Part shown: positions 12,801 to 27,800 of the stretch, piece by piece
Position numbering within the stretch: the stretch's first letter is position 1
How the letters are laid out: each line of letters starts with the position of its first letter
Assembly: GCF_018977255.1 (NCBI RefSeq)
Contig: NW_024704743.1
Coordinates: 42,968,001-43,032,000 of the forward strand
DNA: 64,000 bases
Direction of reading: 5' to 3'
Source: Callorhinchus milii
Taxonomy: Eukaryota
Notes under the pieces: generated by a model
What the model saw: the letters and a program-made list of their open reading frames with translations, nothing else
The model's database searches: none
Told to the model about the DNA's origin: nothing
Made by a program: the position numbers and the translations under genes

Positions 12801-15800
12801 AGTTCAGTATGACATTTGATTATAATAGCTTTGGAGAATATATAGCGACAGTTCACTAGATTAATATCTGGATTGAAAGGTTTACCTATGATGTGAGGCT
12901 GGGTAGAACAAGGTAATTTGATTGGGATATTTCAAATAATGAAAGAAATTGATGGATTAGAGAGTGGACAACTCATCCCTCTGGTAGAGGGATCTGTTAC
13001 AAGAAGACATAGCCTTAATTTCAAAATAAAGAAGGTTAAAACCGAGATCTGAAAGCATTTATTCACCCACATGGTTGTGAAGTTGTGTAATGCTCTGCCC
13101 CAAAAATGTATAGAGGTAGAATCAATAAGTATGTTTAAAGAAGAGATAATTAGATATTTATAGTAATACTTGCATTTGATATAGAGCCTTATCACATTGT
13201 TGAAACAACAATTGTGCTTCACAGAATTTACAGTAAATTTTGTGGGTGAAAATGGCAGCCAATTGCATATAGCAGTGTCCTACAAGCAGTCATGTATTGA
13301 GTGGCCAAATTATTATTCTTATTTTAACATTCCTACTCCTACTTGAGGATTAATGTATTTTAAGATTATGGTGAAAGGGTTAAAAGATCTGCTAAAAGCA
13401 AATAAATTGGTGGTACACGCTTGATGCCCTGAACATGCTCCTCCTATATTTCTATGCAAACATGTACATTGCTCTTGTTTTTTATGAACTTAACGTCCAT
13501 TCTCAGGTTCAGACTCAACTTTTCCATATACTGTACTTCCATTCAAAATAGGCTCAATGCTTAGAATATAAAATCCGGATGTAAGAAAAATGCGTATACC
13601 CTGCTTGCAATTAAATAATATATTAGGCATAATTTAAACAGTTTTTTGGTAATCAACATCATATTATGTTTTGATGAGCCTACAGTACTAATGTCATAGT
13701 TAAATCTTCAATGTTGAGCATCTACAATAATCCAGCACACTGGTCGGTGGTGTGTATACTGATAACTACATTAGCAGAGACTTTGACTAAATATATTGCT
13801 ACAGTTAACATTGGAGTCAAAAATGTGGTGTTTGTAATGAGATTCCCAAAGGATTCGTAATTATTAAATCTTGGCGGTAACTAGTTTTCCATCATGCTGA
13901 CCGCAGAAACCTGTAATCCAATTTTGGATGCTTTGGAGAGCAGAGTTTGCAGGCTGGTGTGACACACATCCAATCACAGGCGGGAATGGATATTTATAAA
14001 TAATTTTCAGATCATTACAAAACAATCAATATCCATAACATTAAGCAGTAATTTATTCTTAGTTTCAAATGCCAGTTATAAACTATTGAAGTTTTCAATT
14101 GCAATGACATCCCTACACAAATCCATAACGTGGGCGGGGGTGGGGGGAATGTAGGGAGAAAGAAAATCAGAATGGTCGGAAATGTTCCAGCAGTCTTTAC
14201 TTACCTAGGGTCATCCAGCTTATGATCTGGTTGATTACTGGCAATCCTTGTTTACGTGCTAGGCTGGCATGGGTGGTCTTCACAACGTAGATGGACATAA
14301 TGATAATCAGCATCTAGAAGTAAAGGCAAATTTTAGTGTAAGGTCTCTATTAAATAGAGACCCATATTACTAAGAGACTGAACACAAGTCAACATTATAA
14401 TTGAAGTGCTATAAAGATGTACATTACAGTAATTGACTGGCATCGTGGTTTGGCCACACTGCTGCTCTAATCTAATTTTATTTGAAACACTTGGACTCAC
14501 AAGTTCCCACCTTGAATTCCTCAGGTAATGTGTGGAGAATTGCTAAATTAAAGCAAAAATCTTCAGTATAGGTGGGAAAGGAGGGGAGAGGAAGAGAAGG
14601 GTGAATGAAGAGGAGACGAGAGGGTGATTGCGGATAATCACACAAGTACTTCCTTGTAACCGCATTGCAAGAGCCGTGGGAGCATGATGCCTGACGATTT
14701 GTGGAATAGTGAATGAAACATGGCAGAAAGAGACATGTACAAAGACTGAATCTATATATAGTTATAAAGAATTCACTGCATCAGGAGAGGAAAGGTAATA
14801 TGAATAAATTGGAGGAAGAAATACATATTCAAATGGTGTCAAATAGTATATAGTGCTTTTAAAAAGTGGATGGATCAAGCTTGCTTCAAATCAATATTAG
14901 TTCCTGTTTTATGTTCTTTTTCCAATGATTATATAAACTGCTAAACTGTATAAAATAATTTCTGTAATATGTTAAAATGAAAGTTTGGCAAAGTGTCAAT
15001 GGAACAAAACACTCCAAGAGTTAAATGAATATTAGATTTGCCAAGATCACTTATTTAGCATTCATAGACAATGCGGATAAACATAAATTAGGAATTCCTC
15101 CTTCAAAAGCCTTGGGGGCAAATACATGTTAGTAAAAGTAATTAAAATACTGCAGAAGATTCTGATTCCGCATAGATATGAGAAATACACAAACCTGTGT
15201 AATAAATATTCTTCTTTCTATACTGGTGTGGAGGGCTTTCATCTTTCCTGTCCTAAAAGAAGCCCAGCAAACACAGCCGAAGATTACACTCAATAACCCA
15301 GCTCCTGTTCTGGTTACATGAAAAAAATAAAGGGAAACATTAGAAATAATCTTAAGGACCGTAATAGACATTCTAGTTTTCTTCATTGTTTGACAAAACA
15401 CCAATAATAATGACTCCCAAGTTATAAATCAAATGATAATCCTTACATTTGGTATAGTGCCTTTCACTTCGGGAGGAAGTCCAAAAGCGCTTTACAGGAT
15501 ACACTGCAAGGTGCAGTGACTGTGCCTTTTGTGTTCAAATGCAGGAGCCAGTTTACGCACAGCAATGTCCAACAAACAGCCATGAAGTGAATTAACTATT
15601 TTATTTGGGGTGATTGTTGGCCAGGAGACCAGAAGAAACTCTCTTCTCTTTTCAAATAGTACCATGGCACCTTTAACGTCCACCTGAACAGGCAGACGGG
15701 CCTCGGTTTAAAGTCTCATTCAGCGGACAGCATATCTGAAACTTCCCCAGCCCCGTATTGGAATATCAGTTTAGACAATGTGATTCCAAGTCCCAATGTG

Positions 15801-18800
15801 GGGCTTGAACCCACAACCTTCTGAGTCAGAGGTAAGTGTGCTGCCAGCTGAACCAGGCTGACATACTTACCAGATTACAATCACCAGGCCTCCAATATTT
15901 AACACAAGTGAAAATTCATCATGCATAAGAATCTAGATACTCAAAAACTAGGAAGGAGGCAGGGGATGGGGGCTGTTTCCTGACCCTGGCTCTCCATGCA
16001 CACTTTTAGTGTGAGTGGGGAGTTGCTGAAAAGCCACGAGGAGCATAACATCCAGCACAGATTCTTCCATTTCGCAGACTGAGGACACTGAAGCCAATTA
16101 TAGTGTCCCCTGAACACTTGACTCAAATTAGTTATCTGAACTCACACAAGGGTTTAAAACTGGAGCTGACCTGGTCTCCACAGCTCAGAGATCCAAACAA
16201 AGCACACCCATACAGTGATGCATTTAGCTGCAAGTATGTCAGTCAGTATAATGTTTGTTAATTATTGTTTACAAAATGCAGAAGCTGATGACAGAGTTTT
16301 GGGCACAAAGCCTTGTACAACTAGTGCACTGAGGAAATTAAATAAAGAAGTAACATTAGTTAATTTCTCCAATTGCAAATAGAAAAAGTTTTAAGCAAAC
16401 CCCTTTCTCCTCCAACTTACACAAGAGGAATATTGGAGGCCCTACCAACCACAGGCATCAACGGAAAGACAGCCAGGACAAAACTAAACAGAATCCATGT
16501 CGAAGCCATGACCTAAGAATAAAAAATAAAGTTAAGAAACAGAAAATGATAGTATTTTAAAACTAACATGTTTAGTGCATTAAGGTGACTGAACCTTTTG
16601 TGTTTATGTGAAGGAATAATGATAAGTTATCCTGGTTGTTGGTAGCGAGCTGTCTGTCTCTCTTGCAAATGGAGTCCCATAGAATTATGATCAATGCGCT
16701 CGCCTCGCAAACAAGAGGACCCGGGTTCAATTCCTGGGCAGAGCGAAAACTTGGCCAAGTTTCCTTACTCCACATGCCTCTGTTTACCTAGCAGTAAGTA
16801 GAACCCAGTTGTTAGTCGATTGGCAGATTGCTTTTCCGGGGGTTATAATTCCTTAAAAAAAAATTCCTGCCGGGAATCAAACCCAGGTCTCTCACTTGCG
16901 AGGCAAGCGCTCTAACCACTGAGCGACAGGACTCCACTTGCAATCAGTTACAAGTGAAAATTTATTTTGAACACAAATAAATATAAAGTGATGGAGATGT
17001 GGATAGTTGTATGATACTACTAGAGTATATGTCATTAGATTACAATTGAAGATGTTAATTATCAGATGGTTGAGATACAGATGCTGACCTTATTCTGGTA
17101 AAACAGCCTGGATACCAATGGCCATCCTGCAAATGCAAGCAATCCAAGCGCAAGTACTTCACGGTAGAAAAAACTCAAAACCTGAAACAAACCAAATGTC
17201 AGCATCATGTGCGAAAATGAAGGATTTAAAACCAGCAGAAAAGAACAAAATAAATAGTCACTACACTTCACACAATATCCTGTGAAGCTCTTTCAGATGT
17301 CTTGACGATGTGATAAGGCGCAACACCGAATATAAAGATTATTACTAACTATCAAAAAATTGTACCTAAGCCATGTAAAAAGCTATATGATTGACACCAA
17401 GCACATTACTGCATGGGAATGCTTGCACTACTTTGTAATAGTAGCTCCATGCCTGTTGCTTACAGGAGAACTCCCAATGCTTTTTAGGAGATGTCAACAT
17501 TAGTAAAAGTCTTTTCACATAACAAGTGAAGTGTCCTTCCATCATTTTAAGTGGTCTCAAGATATCTGCAGCACAGTGCTCATGACAGATTGATGCTGGA
17601 AGTGAAGTGTTACTGAGGGGAAAATCCATGGACCGAACACACCGTCACAGAGAGAATATCTATAATGTTACTGGGCTCTTACTGCATTTTAGACACAAAT
17701 AGTATTAGCTCAATTGTACTGGAAGAAAAACTTCTCAAAGTTGAAGTTGGAAATATTATAAAAGATAAAGGTCCGAGAAACATAAATGACGAAGATTTTC
17801 CTGCTCCCCTCCTAAAGTCAAGTCTTACATCAAACATATGGAAGGGATGATATCAATATCCCAGTGATTAAAAAAAGATCAAATATTGTAAAATGTGACC
17901 AATAAGTATCTTTACCAGTTTACGCACAGCTTGTTTCAATATCCTGTGTTGCTTTCCAATTGTGGGCTGTATTGCGTGTCTAGGATAGGACTGCCCAAAC
18001 TTATTTTACTTAGGACAATTCCACCCATCAGGGGGAATGCATTCTCCCCAACAGTCTCTACTGAAGTGAAATGGAAAAATTAATCGGGATGTTGAAATGG
18101 AAGCTTGATATAAAGGGGGTAAAAACATTAGGGGTATTATGGACAAAAAGGCATTGAAAGATCTTCCATGATCTAATACAATGGCACAACAGACTTGACA
18201 AATCAAATGTTTGATTCCTGTATCTGTGGCCCTAAGGGACAAAGTGAAAGGAAGACTGTGTTAACTTGCTACACGATAAATAAAAGACTGCAAACCGTGC
18301 TTGGTTACAAAGTCATGAACACCTATAACAGTGTAGAAATTGTTTTGCTTAACTTACCATGATTTCAATGCCCAGAATAGAAATCAGTAAAAAGACAAAT
18401 TTTGCAGGTGGTTGACTTGAAAATGAACTAATTACACTTTTAATAACCCTAAACCTGTCAAATAACAAAAACACAGGATTAAAATCATCTTTACAAACAC
18501 TGAATTTCATCTGCAAACTCTCCAAATCCACAATTGCATCAACAAAAATATTCTCTTCTACAGTAGTATGTATATAAATGTAAATCCCTAAATATAAAAA
18601 CTACATCAAACACTTGTATAAACAATATGTTTTAAAAATAGCAACTCAAAAACTAGACCTAGAGGCAACAGTTCCGCAAACCATAAAAACACTGGAGTAA
18701 AGACAACATGTTAAATGATGTCCTAAAACTAACATTAACATTACTGACCCGAATCAAACTACGTACCCACATCTCACCAGTTCAGGCCAGACTCCACTGG

Positions 18801-21800
18801 GTCCCCATCACCGAACAGATCGACTTCAAGATCCTCACTCTCGTGTTCAAATCCATTCACTCCCTGGCACCTCCCTACCTCTCCGACCTCCTCACTCCCC
18901 AATCCACCACCCGGCACCCACGCTCGACTGCTCGTCCCTCGCACCCTCCACCATCGGAGGTCATGCTTTTAATCACTCCTCTCTCCCCTTTTTCAAGTCA
19001 TGTCTACAAACCTTCCTCTTCGACTGTGATGATGGCCACCTCCCCCCAGTCCCCAGCTCGGAGTCAGGCTCCGCCACCATTTAGCGCTCTGAGACGCTAT
19101 CCTGCGTGAAGGGCACTATATGGTGCAAGTTGCTGTTGTATTAATAGAATTATAATCTAAATAATGGGATGTTAAAAATCTGTGTTTTATGAACCAAGTA
19201 TATTGATTTAATGCAAAAATCATCTTTTTGCCCAGAATTATTTTTTTTGAAACATGAAATAGGTGATCTTGAATTAATTAAATCAAATATTATACATCTC
19301 TTTGCCTTTAATCCAGTACAAAAATACTGCAACTGTTCATTATAACCATATTCATTTCCATTAAGCAAAGATGTAGTAGTTTGTGAAAATGACACAAAGT
19401 GCAGGATGTTGGAGGATTCTAGTTTACAAAACAACTTATCCCAAATAATAAGGCCTTATCCACTTAGTTCTGCAGAAAAAGTAAACATTTTCCACACATA
19501 CATTTTCTAAATTAAATTCCTGTAAAGACATTAAACACAGCAACAAATTTAAATCACGAACCTGTGCAGCAAAACCTACTTTGCTTCAGCATGCTAAATT
19601 GGTCAACTAAAAATAAATACATTTTAAAGAGACGATCGTCTCCTTTCAACTCAGCACAGCACACCTATAAATAGTCGTGGATTGAGTCACCAATTCTTTT
19701 TTACTTAATACATGTACTATTGCACTGAAGTATGGAATATCTGGTGCTTGCATCTAAATTATGGAATACTTGTTTTACAAAGCAACCGGCAGCAGGTTAA
19801 TGGCATTTACCACTTACTCTTTTATAACTGCATACCACATTAGGACTGGCAACAGACTGTAAATGTAATAGGTCCATGGGCAGCTCTGAATCAGCAGAAA
19901 AAGTGTTATCAGTACACCAGTCCCAATGAATATTGCAGGAAGACGATCACTGGATGACAGCTGTGAAGCACAGGAACCAGAATGCACATTTACTGTAGGG
20001 TGAGAACAAGAGCCTTTAAAGTTACATAGATAATTCAGAATAAAAATATGTCAAAGCATCATCAGAATAACATTTACTGATTGAAAATTGCTTCAATTTT
20101 GCTACATGAACATCACTGCTGTTTCTGGGACATTGCCATGCACAAATTGGCTGCTGCATTTGCCTGCAAATACAGTCACTAATCTTTACTGGAAAAACTC
20201 TGAAGTTCTTTGAAGCGTTTCAACATAATAAGGTGCTATATCAAATGCAAGGATTGTGTTATCACTCTATAAGTACTCACTCGTCACTTTAGTAGCCTTC
20301 AGTTTAGCCTTAGGATTACTATATTACTGTATTTGATAGCCTGTTGCTACAAGGACTCCGGGACGCTGCCCCTCATGAAGGGCACTATATAAATGCAAGT
20401 TTGTTGTTGTTGTATTTAGATAAACTGGAAAGCAACATTTCTTAAGCAATCTATTGGTTTCAAAATGTTCTATCAATGGCTTGCAACAGGATCTTCCTGG
20501 ATAGTTTTACACTTTATTATTGAGAAACCTAGGTAAGAGCCAAAGCTCCTACTGTAGGATATTGTCGGACACGTTGAAAAGAGGAGCAAAAAAAAAAACA
20601 ATAAATCAAGAAATGTCATGCATCGGATGTTTTTTTAAAATCCTATCATTGAAAATAAGAAAGAGGCTCTTTCTTAATTCTTGAAGTGAAGGAAAGAATA
20701 AGAGTATTAGTAAGGCTGTAAGAAAGTTGTGATTTTTTGGCCCAAAAGTTGTGGCCACTATATGTTAAAGTTGTGCTTTTGGTATCATCAGTTCAAGCAT
20801 CTGCAGTGAGTACACTGGACATTGGACCATCCATCTGTCCAGCAACCCTTTCCACCCTCTCAACATACAGGAGAGTAGGATGAGAGTGCAGAATGGGTTG
20901 ATGGACATGAGGAAAGTCCAAAGGGAGTCCAAAGTGGGTTGATGCACTGGTGAATAGTCCAACGGGCGCATGTACTCACTGTAGTGATTAAAAATTGGGG
21001 TGCGTGCTAATTAAAGTTGCGGTTTCCGCAACAAAATCGCAGCCCCCGATTTTCTTACAGCCTTAATTATTAGAGCATTTGCCAACAAACAGGTCCTGGC
21101 CAACAAATCACCCAAATAAAATTGGTCACTCAATCCATGGCTGTTTGTGGGACATGGCTGGGTGCAAACTGGCTGCTACATTTCAGCCCAAAATACAGTT
21201 TAATCCCATACTTCTCACCTACCTTTTCCAGTTTGGAGACTGGCCTGCTTATACTCGTGTGGAGTTTGACAATCAGCACAAAAGCATAAGAGATCCATCC
21301 CACAAACCCCAGCACCACACTCATTCCCAAGAAGATCCGATCATAGGTATGATAATACGAGAGCCCTTCCAGAGCGAGGTTTATTAATGACTTGCACAGA
21401 TTGATCTGCGGGAAAAAAAGGTTATGAATAAAACCTGGTGTAATCAATATAAAATAAATTTGTGGTAACTAGTCACTGCCTCCTCCCTCCCCTCTCTGCC
21501 CCCGCCTCCCTCCCCGCTCTGCCCCTCCCTCCCCGCCTCTGCCCCCGCTCCCTCCCCGCTCTGCCCCTCCCCTCCCTTCCCGCTCTGCCCCTCCCCTCCC
21601 TCCCCGCTCTGCCCCTCCCCTCTCCCCACTCTGCCCCCCCCTCCCTCCCCGCTCTGCCCCCCCCTCCCTCCCCGCTCTGCCCCTCCCTCACCGCCTCTGC
21701 CCCCTTCCCTCCCCGCTCTGCCCCTCCCCTCCCTCCCTGCTCTGCCCCTCCCTGCTCTGCCCCTCCCCTCTCTCCCCGCTCTGGCCCCCCCTCCCTCCCC

Positions 21801-24800
21801 GCTCTGCCCCGCCTCCCTCCCCGCTCTGCTCCCATCTCCCTCCCTGCTCTGTCCCTCCCCTCCCTCCCCGCTCTGCCCCCCATTCCCTCCCTGCCCTCTC
21901 CCTCCCCGCTTTGTCCCCCCACTTCTCCATTGCCCCCTCCCTCCCCGCTTTGCCCCCTCCCTCACTGTCTCCCCGCCTTGCTCCCTCCCTCCTCCCCACC
22001 TTGCCGCCTCCCTCCCTCCCCGCCTTGCCCCCTCCCTCGCCACCTTGACCTTGACCTGGGTTCGATTCCAGGCAGGGCGAAACCTTGGGCAAATTCCCTT
22101 ACTCCACGCCTGATAATAATCCCTCAGGAAAAGAAACCAATAATAATAAAATTGGTCACTTCAATTCACGAATGTTTGTGGGACACTGCTGTGCGTAATT
22201 GGCTGCCGTGTTTCACCCACAAATATACAGTCAATTCACTTTACAGTATATTCTGTGAAGCACTTGGAGACGTCTAGAAGATGTGAAAAGCGCTACATAA
22301 AATATTAGGATTATTATTATTATTATTGACCACCTTGCCCCCCCGCCTTGCCCCCTCTCTCCCTCCCTGCCTTGCTCCCTCCCTCCCTTGTCCCCTCCTT
22401 CCTTCCCTGCCTTGCCCCCTCCCTCCCTGCCTTGCCCCCTCCCTCCCTCCCTGCCTTGCCCCCTCCCTCCCTCCCCGCCTTGCCCCCAGCTGATGTGGAA
22501 GGGGACAGGACCACAAGAATCAGCTAAATAAATATATTTTTGTTAAATGTACATTTCTCCACCCCAACAAAGGCTGAGGGCAAAATATGCCCTCTTTTTT
22601 GAAAAAAAACTAGTCATATTGCTTCTTTAACATGCTTTGAGAGGTTAGGAAATGCTACTTTCAGCAGAATACTTACTGCTTGATTGTACTGCTGTTGCTG
22701 AATATATAATCTTGCTGTACGAAGCATGTCTTGCTGATTGGAAAGCTGAAGAGGTCTATTAAAAGACAAGAAAAAATGTTCATTCTCTGGTTATGCAAGG
22801 AAGCTTTTCACTAATACAAATTGATGTCTGACAGAGGCTAAAATGGTACAAGACAACTTCAGCATTTTCAATCACCATAGCCTAGTTGATGACAATTTAT
22901 GATTACAGAGTAATCTCCAAATACATAGATGGGATACAATATACATTTCATCCATATTATTCATATCCAACAATAAATGAATGTAATTTAAATGCAGTTT
23001 CACATCAACCATAATTAAGCACTCCTAAGACAAAATTAGTTACTGTTCCAGTTAAACTTCAATGAGTTCATCCGACACAAGTGCACAATGCTGCAAAGGA
23101 GAACTTAAGTTACATAAATTTACTAATTAATTCTTCCAGAATCTTCATATTTCAAATATTAGTCTGTATATTTACAGGAATACATTGTTCATTTCCATTG
23201 AGATTTTATAAACAGACTGAACAGGAAATCTGAATAAGCGCAACAATAAGCTAGGTAGGCATAATTCATCTACTTGTCAAGAATCATAATGCTCAGAGTT
23301 ATTTTGGTTAACAAGATTGGTTCAGAACTGTGCCAACTTAAGAGTCAATATCCCACAGATAGACAGAAAAAGATGCAGGCTCTGAATAGTACCAGCAATT
23401 TTGCAGATGAAGGACATGTGGTTCTGCAAGATGAACACTGATCTACTCTATTTAATTCCTTTCAATAACTGAAGTTCAATTTCTGATGCAGAAATCTGTT
23501 GGGTAATGATCTTGTAAGTGCAGTTAGATAAAGTTCTTGCAAAATGCACACCATTAACATTGGAACAATAGCCCATTACTTTTTTTTGAGGATTATGCAA
23601 GATACATTTAGTTTCTGCAATACAAAACCTAGACTACAAAAATGATCGGTTTACTTAAAATATATATTTTAGGAAAGGAAACTATTAACCTAACAAGCCT
23701 CTTTCTGATTTTAAAGTGATCCTGTCTTTGCAATATAGTGTTCAATGATTTTACTCTCCAGAAACAAAACTAGGTGCTTCTTGAACCCACACCACTTAAA
23801 TGGTCTTCCTTGGTAAAATATTCTACAATATTCTTCAGTAATTTATTGCTCATTTTTAAACTGTATGTATACCCTTTACTACAGTGAACAATTTCCTTAC
23901 ACTATCTCTGACAATTCACTTTATAATCCTGAAACTGCACGTAGGTTACCTTGAACTCTCCCCTCTTCCAAAAGTCCAACTTCCCGAACCTTTCCATATG
24001 TCTTACTTTTCTGATACTTAGAATTATCTTTGCTATTTGCTTCTGTACCTTGGCATTCATAGAATTTATGGAATTCACTACCCCAGAAGGCTGTAGATGC
24101 TCAGTCCTTGAACATCTTCAAGGCTGAGACTGATAGATTTTTAAAAATAGAGGGATTAAGGGATATGGGGATAGGGCAGGTAATTAGAGTTAGGTCAGAA
24201 GATCAGCCATGATCTTATCGAATGGCGGGGAAGGCTCGAGGGGCCGAATGACCTACTCTTGCTCCTAATTCTTATGTTCTTATTCCTTCCTAAGGCTAGG
24301 TGACCAGGACTGCACACAGCACTCCATAATGATCTGAGCAATGCTTTAAACAGAATGTCAACTCTTTAGATATCTATATTTCCATTGATGCCAACTAATA
24401 GCTTACTAATTTGTTTCTACAATCAAGCACAAAGCTGATAAATTCCTACATTTAGCTACAACAACTCCTAGATCTCTATCCTAATCTGCATACTCCAGGG
24501 CTGTTCCATTTAACATATAGACCAGAGAATGTTCTCTATGATGTTTCGCATAACTTCAATTCTAAATTTACAACCAGATTCATAGTCCTGTACCATAAAT
24601 GTTCAAACATTCAGTTTAACAATTTTAATAGTACTTCTGAAAATGTTAACATATTGTGAATTTTATTTTAAATATTGGTAAAGTAACCTGGCAGCATAAT
24701 GGTATTTCCTTTGACTTTCCCTAAAGAGCCACAAAAAAAAGCTGATACATTAATTAGCATTTGAGATACTACAAGGTTATTTGAAGAACATAATTTCTCC

Positions 24801-27800
24801 ACAAATCATCCAAGCGGATATGCCCTTAGGTCAGTTGCCTTGCTAGTTTGGGACTTCACTGTGAGGAATCAGGTAGTGAGTTATCCAATATTATACCTCC
24901 TGTCATGTAGCATGTCTACAATACCAGAACACTATAAAATTATTTAAAATAAAGGTTTCAAAAATGTCAATACCTTCTACAGGCAAAAGATTACTTCCAA
25001 AACTAGATTTTTACTCAAACCAAATTTTTACTGAAATTAGTTTAGCCCATTAGTTTACCTCTGGCATTTCTTAAAGCTTTTTTCATTTAAAAAATATTAT
25101 TTACAGAGCTGTAGGCAATATTTCACCATTGATCATCTACCATCATTTTCTAAGCTTGGGAATTGCTGCCCTGCAGTGGTTAGATTTCAGTTATAGCTTC
25201 TCACAGTAAACTTCTCTATTAGTTAATTCAAATTGCTACATTCTGGGAGTGCCCTTATATCAACAATTTCCTAAATTTATAAAACAGAATAACTTCCAAC
25301 AGCAAAAAATAGGAGTGACATTTCTACTCAAATTATCGGGAGAAAGCACTTGTCTGGTGCTAAATCTCTCTCGCTGCCTTCTAGTTTAGTTCCTGACTAT
25401 AAGATACTTCCCTTTCAAAGAGTTCCCTTCAGACAACGGTGAAGTCTTTGATGATACTGCAGCATAACATGTACAGCATACTAAATATTCCCATGTTATT
25501 TATGCTCCATTTATACTGCAGTTAGTGTTGAATCCATGCAATCCTTGCAGTTTCTTCAATGAATAAACACTAAAAGTGCTGTATAACTCCAGGAGGTGGT
25601 TTTGGAATGGAACCAATCTATGCAGTATAAATTGGATTTTACTTCAACTGATTTGAAACAAACCGTTAAACTTAAATTCTTGAGTGATGAAGAGAACCCT
25701 GCCTTAAGCATCTTTATGTTATCATGAGAGATTCATATGAAGAAGGCCCTTCATCATATTGGATCATATTCGTCCATTTGATCTTAGCTTTCCAGAAACC
25801 CACTCTAACATCTTCCAACACATAACACATCAAGTATTTTTTTTAAATGTCTGAAATATGTTTGGCAATGTAATCCAGCATCCTGTTTGCCTTGTTTATG
25901 AAGCATCAGATTGACTCTTGAGTCACTAGGATGTGGGTTCAAGCTCCACATATATCAAGGTGCCATCATCTTTCAGTTAGGCTGTTAAACCAAAGTCCCG
26001 TTAGCCTGTTCGGGTGGATGTTAATGATCCCATGGCATGAGTCGATGCACCTGGCCAACAATGCACCTAACAAAATTGGTCATTTTTTCATGGTTGTCTG
26101 TGGGACACTGCCAGGCACAAATTGGTTGCCATGTTTTATCTACAAATACAGTCACTACACTTCACTGTAAATCCTGTGAAGCATTTTGTGACATTTCAAC
26201 AACACAATGAGGTGCTCTTTCAAATTCAAGGTTTACTTTATATTATTATTCCTATATTATTCCTATAATTTCATATTTGGAAACAGTCAACCAAAGCCTT
26301 AGGTCTCTTTCAACTAATCCTTAGAACGTTCTGTCTCATCCTTGCAGTGCACGTTCCTCCTATTTTTACTACCTCTATTCAGCACCATATACCTACACTT
26401 ATCTACATTGAACCTCATCTGTATCTGGAGGGTTAAGGAGGAAAGGAAAAGTGAGAATGCAAATCCAAGTACAGATGGTTTCAGTCTTTTTTGTTAAAGC
26501 TGCCATAACAACTAAGTAATAGTTAATCAGTTTTAACCTATTGCAAGCATGACATTCAACTAAAAAACTTTCAGTTCCTGGCAGTAGCATAAGTAACATA
26601 AATATTCACTTGGACCACTGCTCCTGCAATCCAAAGCTAATACATTAGAGATATAACATTTAGACTAATTTACAGGAAAACTGTAAACTATTGAATGAGT
26701 TGTCATTCAAGGTCAGACCCCAAATTGCCCATAGCTGCATATTAAATAGTTAAACATACATTAATAAATATAGCATTTTTACAAAACTAGAACAGGAGCA
26801 TATAACAAGGGGGCAAACTTGCTGGTGAATCCAATTTGTGTTTTGACACCGTGGACCACTCAATCCTCCTCCACTGCCTCTCCTCTCCCCTCAACCTTCA
26901 AAGTTCTGTCCTTGACTGGTTCAGGTCCCACCTTTCACACCGCCTCCACTTTGTTGCAGCAAACGGCTTTTCCTCCAGCCCCCGCACCGTCTCGTGCGGT
27001 GTTCCTCAGGGCTCTGTCCTCGGTCCCCTCCTCTTCACCCTCTACATGCTCCCCCTCGGTCACATCATCCACAGACATGGGGTAAATTTCCACATGTGTG
27101 CGGATGACACCCAACTCTATCTCTCTGCCTCCACCCTCAACTCCAGGACTACTGGAGTTCTGACTGACTGCCTGTCCAACATCAAGTCCTGCACGAGGGC
27201 CAACTTTCTCCAACTCAACGTCAGCAAGACTGAGGCCATCCTGATTGGCTCGTGCCAGTGCCTCCGCACCTGAGGCGCTGGCAGCATCATCCTCCACAGC
27301 TGCACACTCAACCTCACTAAGCCAGTCAGGAACCTGGGTATCTTGTTTGACCCTGAACTGTCCTTTCTCCCCCACATCAGGCTCCGGCCTGCTCCATGAC
27401 TCCCGCCCGACCTGCCTTACCATCGGTGGCCGGGCTTTCAGCCTCTCTGCCCCCACACTCTGGAATTCCATCCCACGGTCCCCTCGCCTCGCTTCCTCCC
27501 TTGCCTCCTTCAAGGCCAGTCTCAAGACCCTTCTTTTCGACCGTGCCTTTGGTCTCCCTCCCACCTCTCCGCCTTCCCTCACCCCTACACCACCCCTCCA
27601 CCAAGCTTGGGCCCTGACATCTGACTGTTCAGCGCTTTGGGACGTCCTCCCAACGTGAAAGGCGCTCTATAAATGTAATTTTGTTGTTGTTGTGTTAGTG
27701 TCTATTCTTACAAAGTCAGACTTTGTAAAATGTTACATTTAAAGTAAATAGCAATTATGAATAAGTGGAAATAAATAAAAGAACAGAGAAACCAGTTATA

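Noticed and set aside
21444..22516. Long Gly/Arg- and Pro/Leu-rich ORFs (up to 271 aa)
   Set aside because: By-products of a stop-poor minisatellite and a SINE; no domain features.
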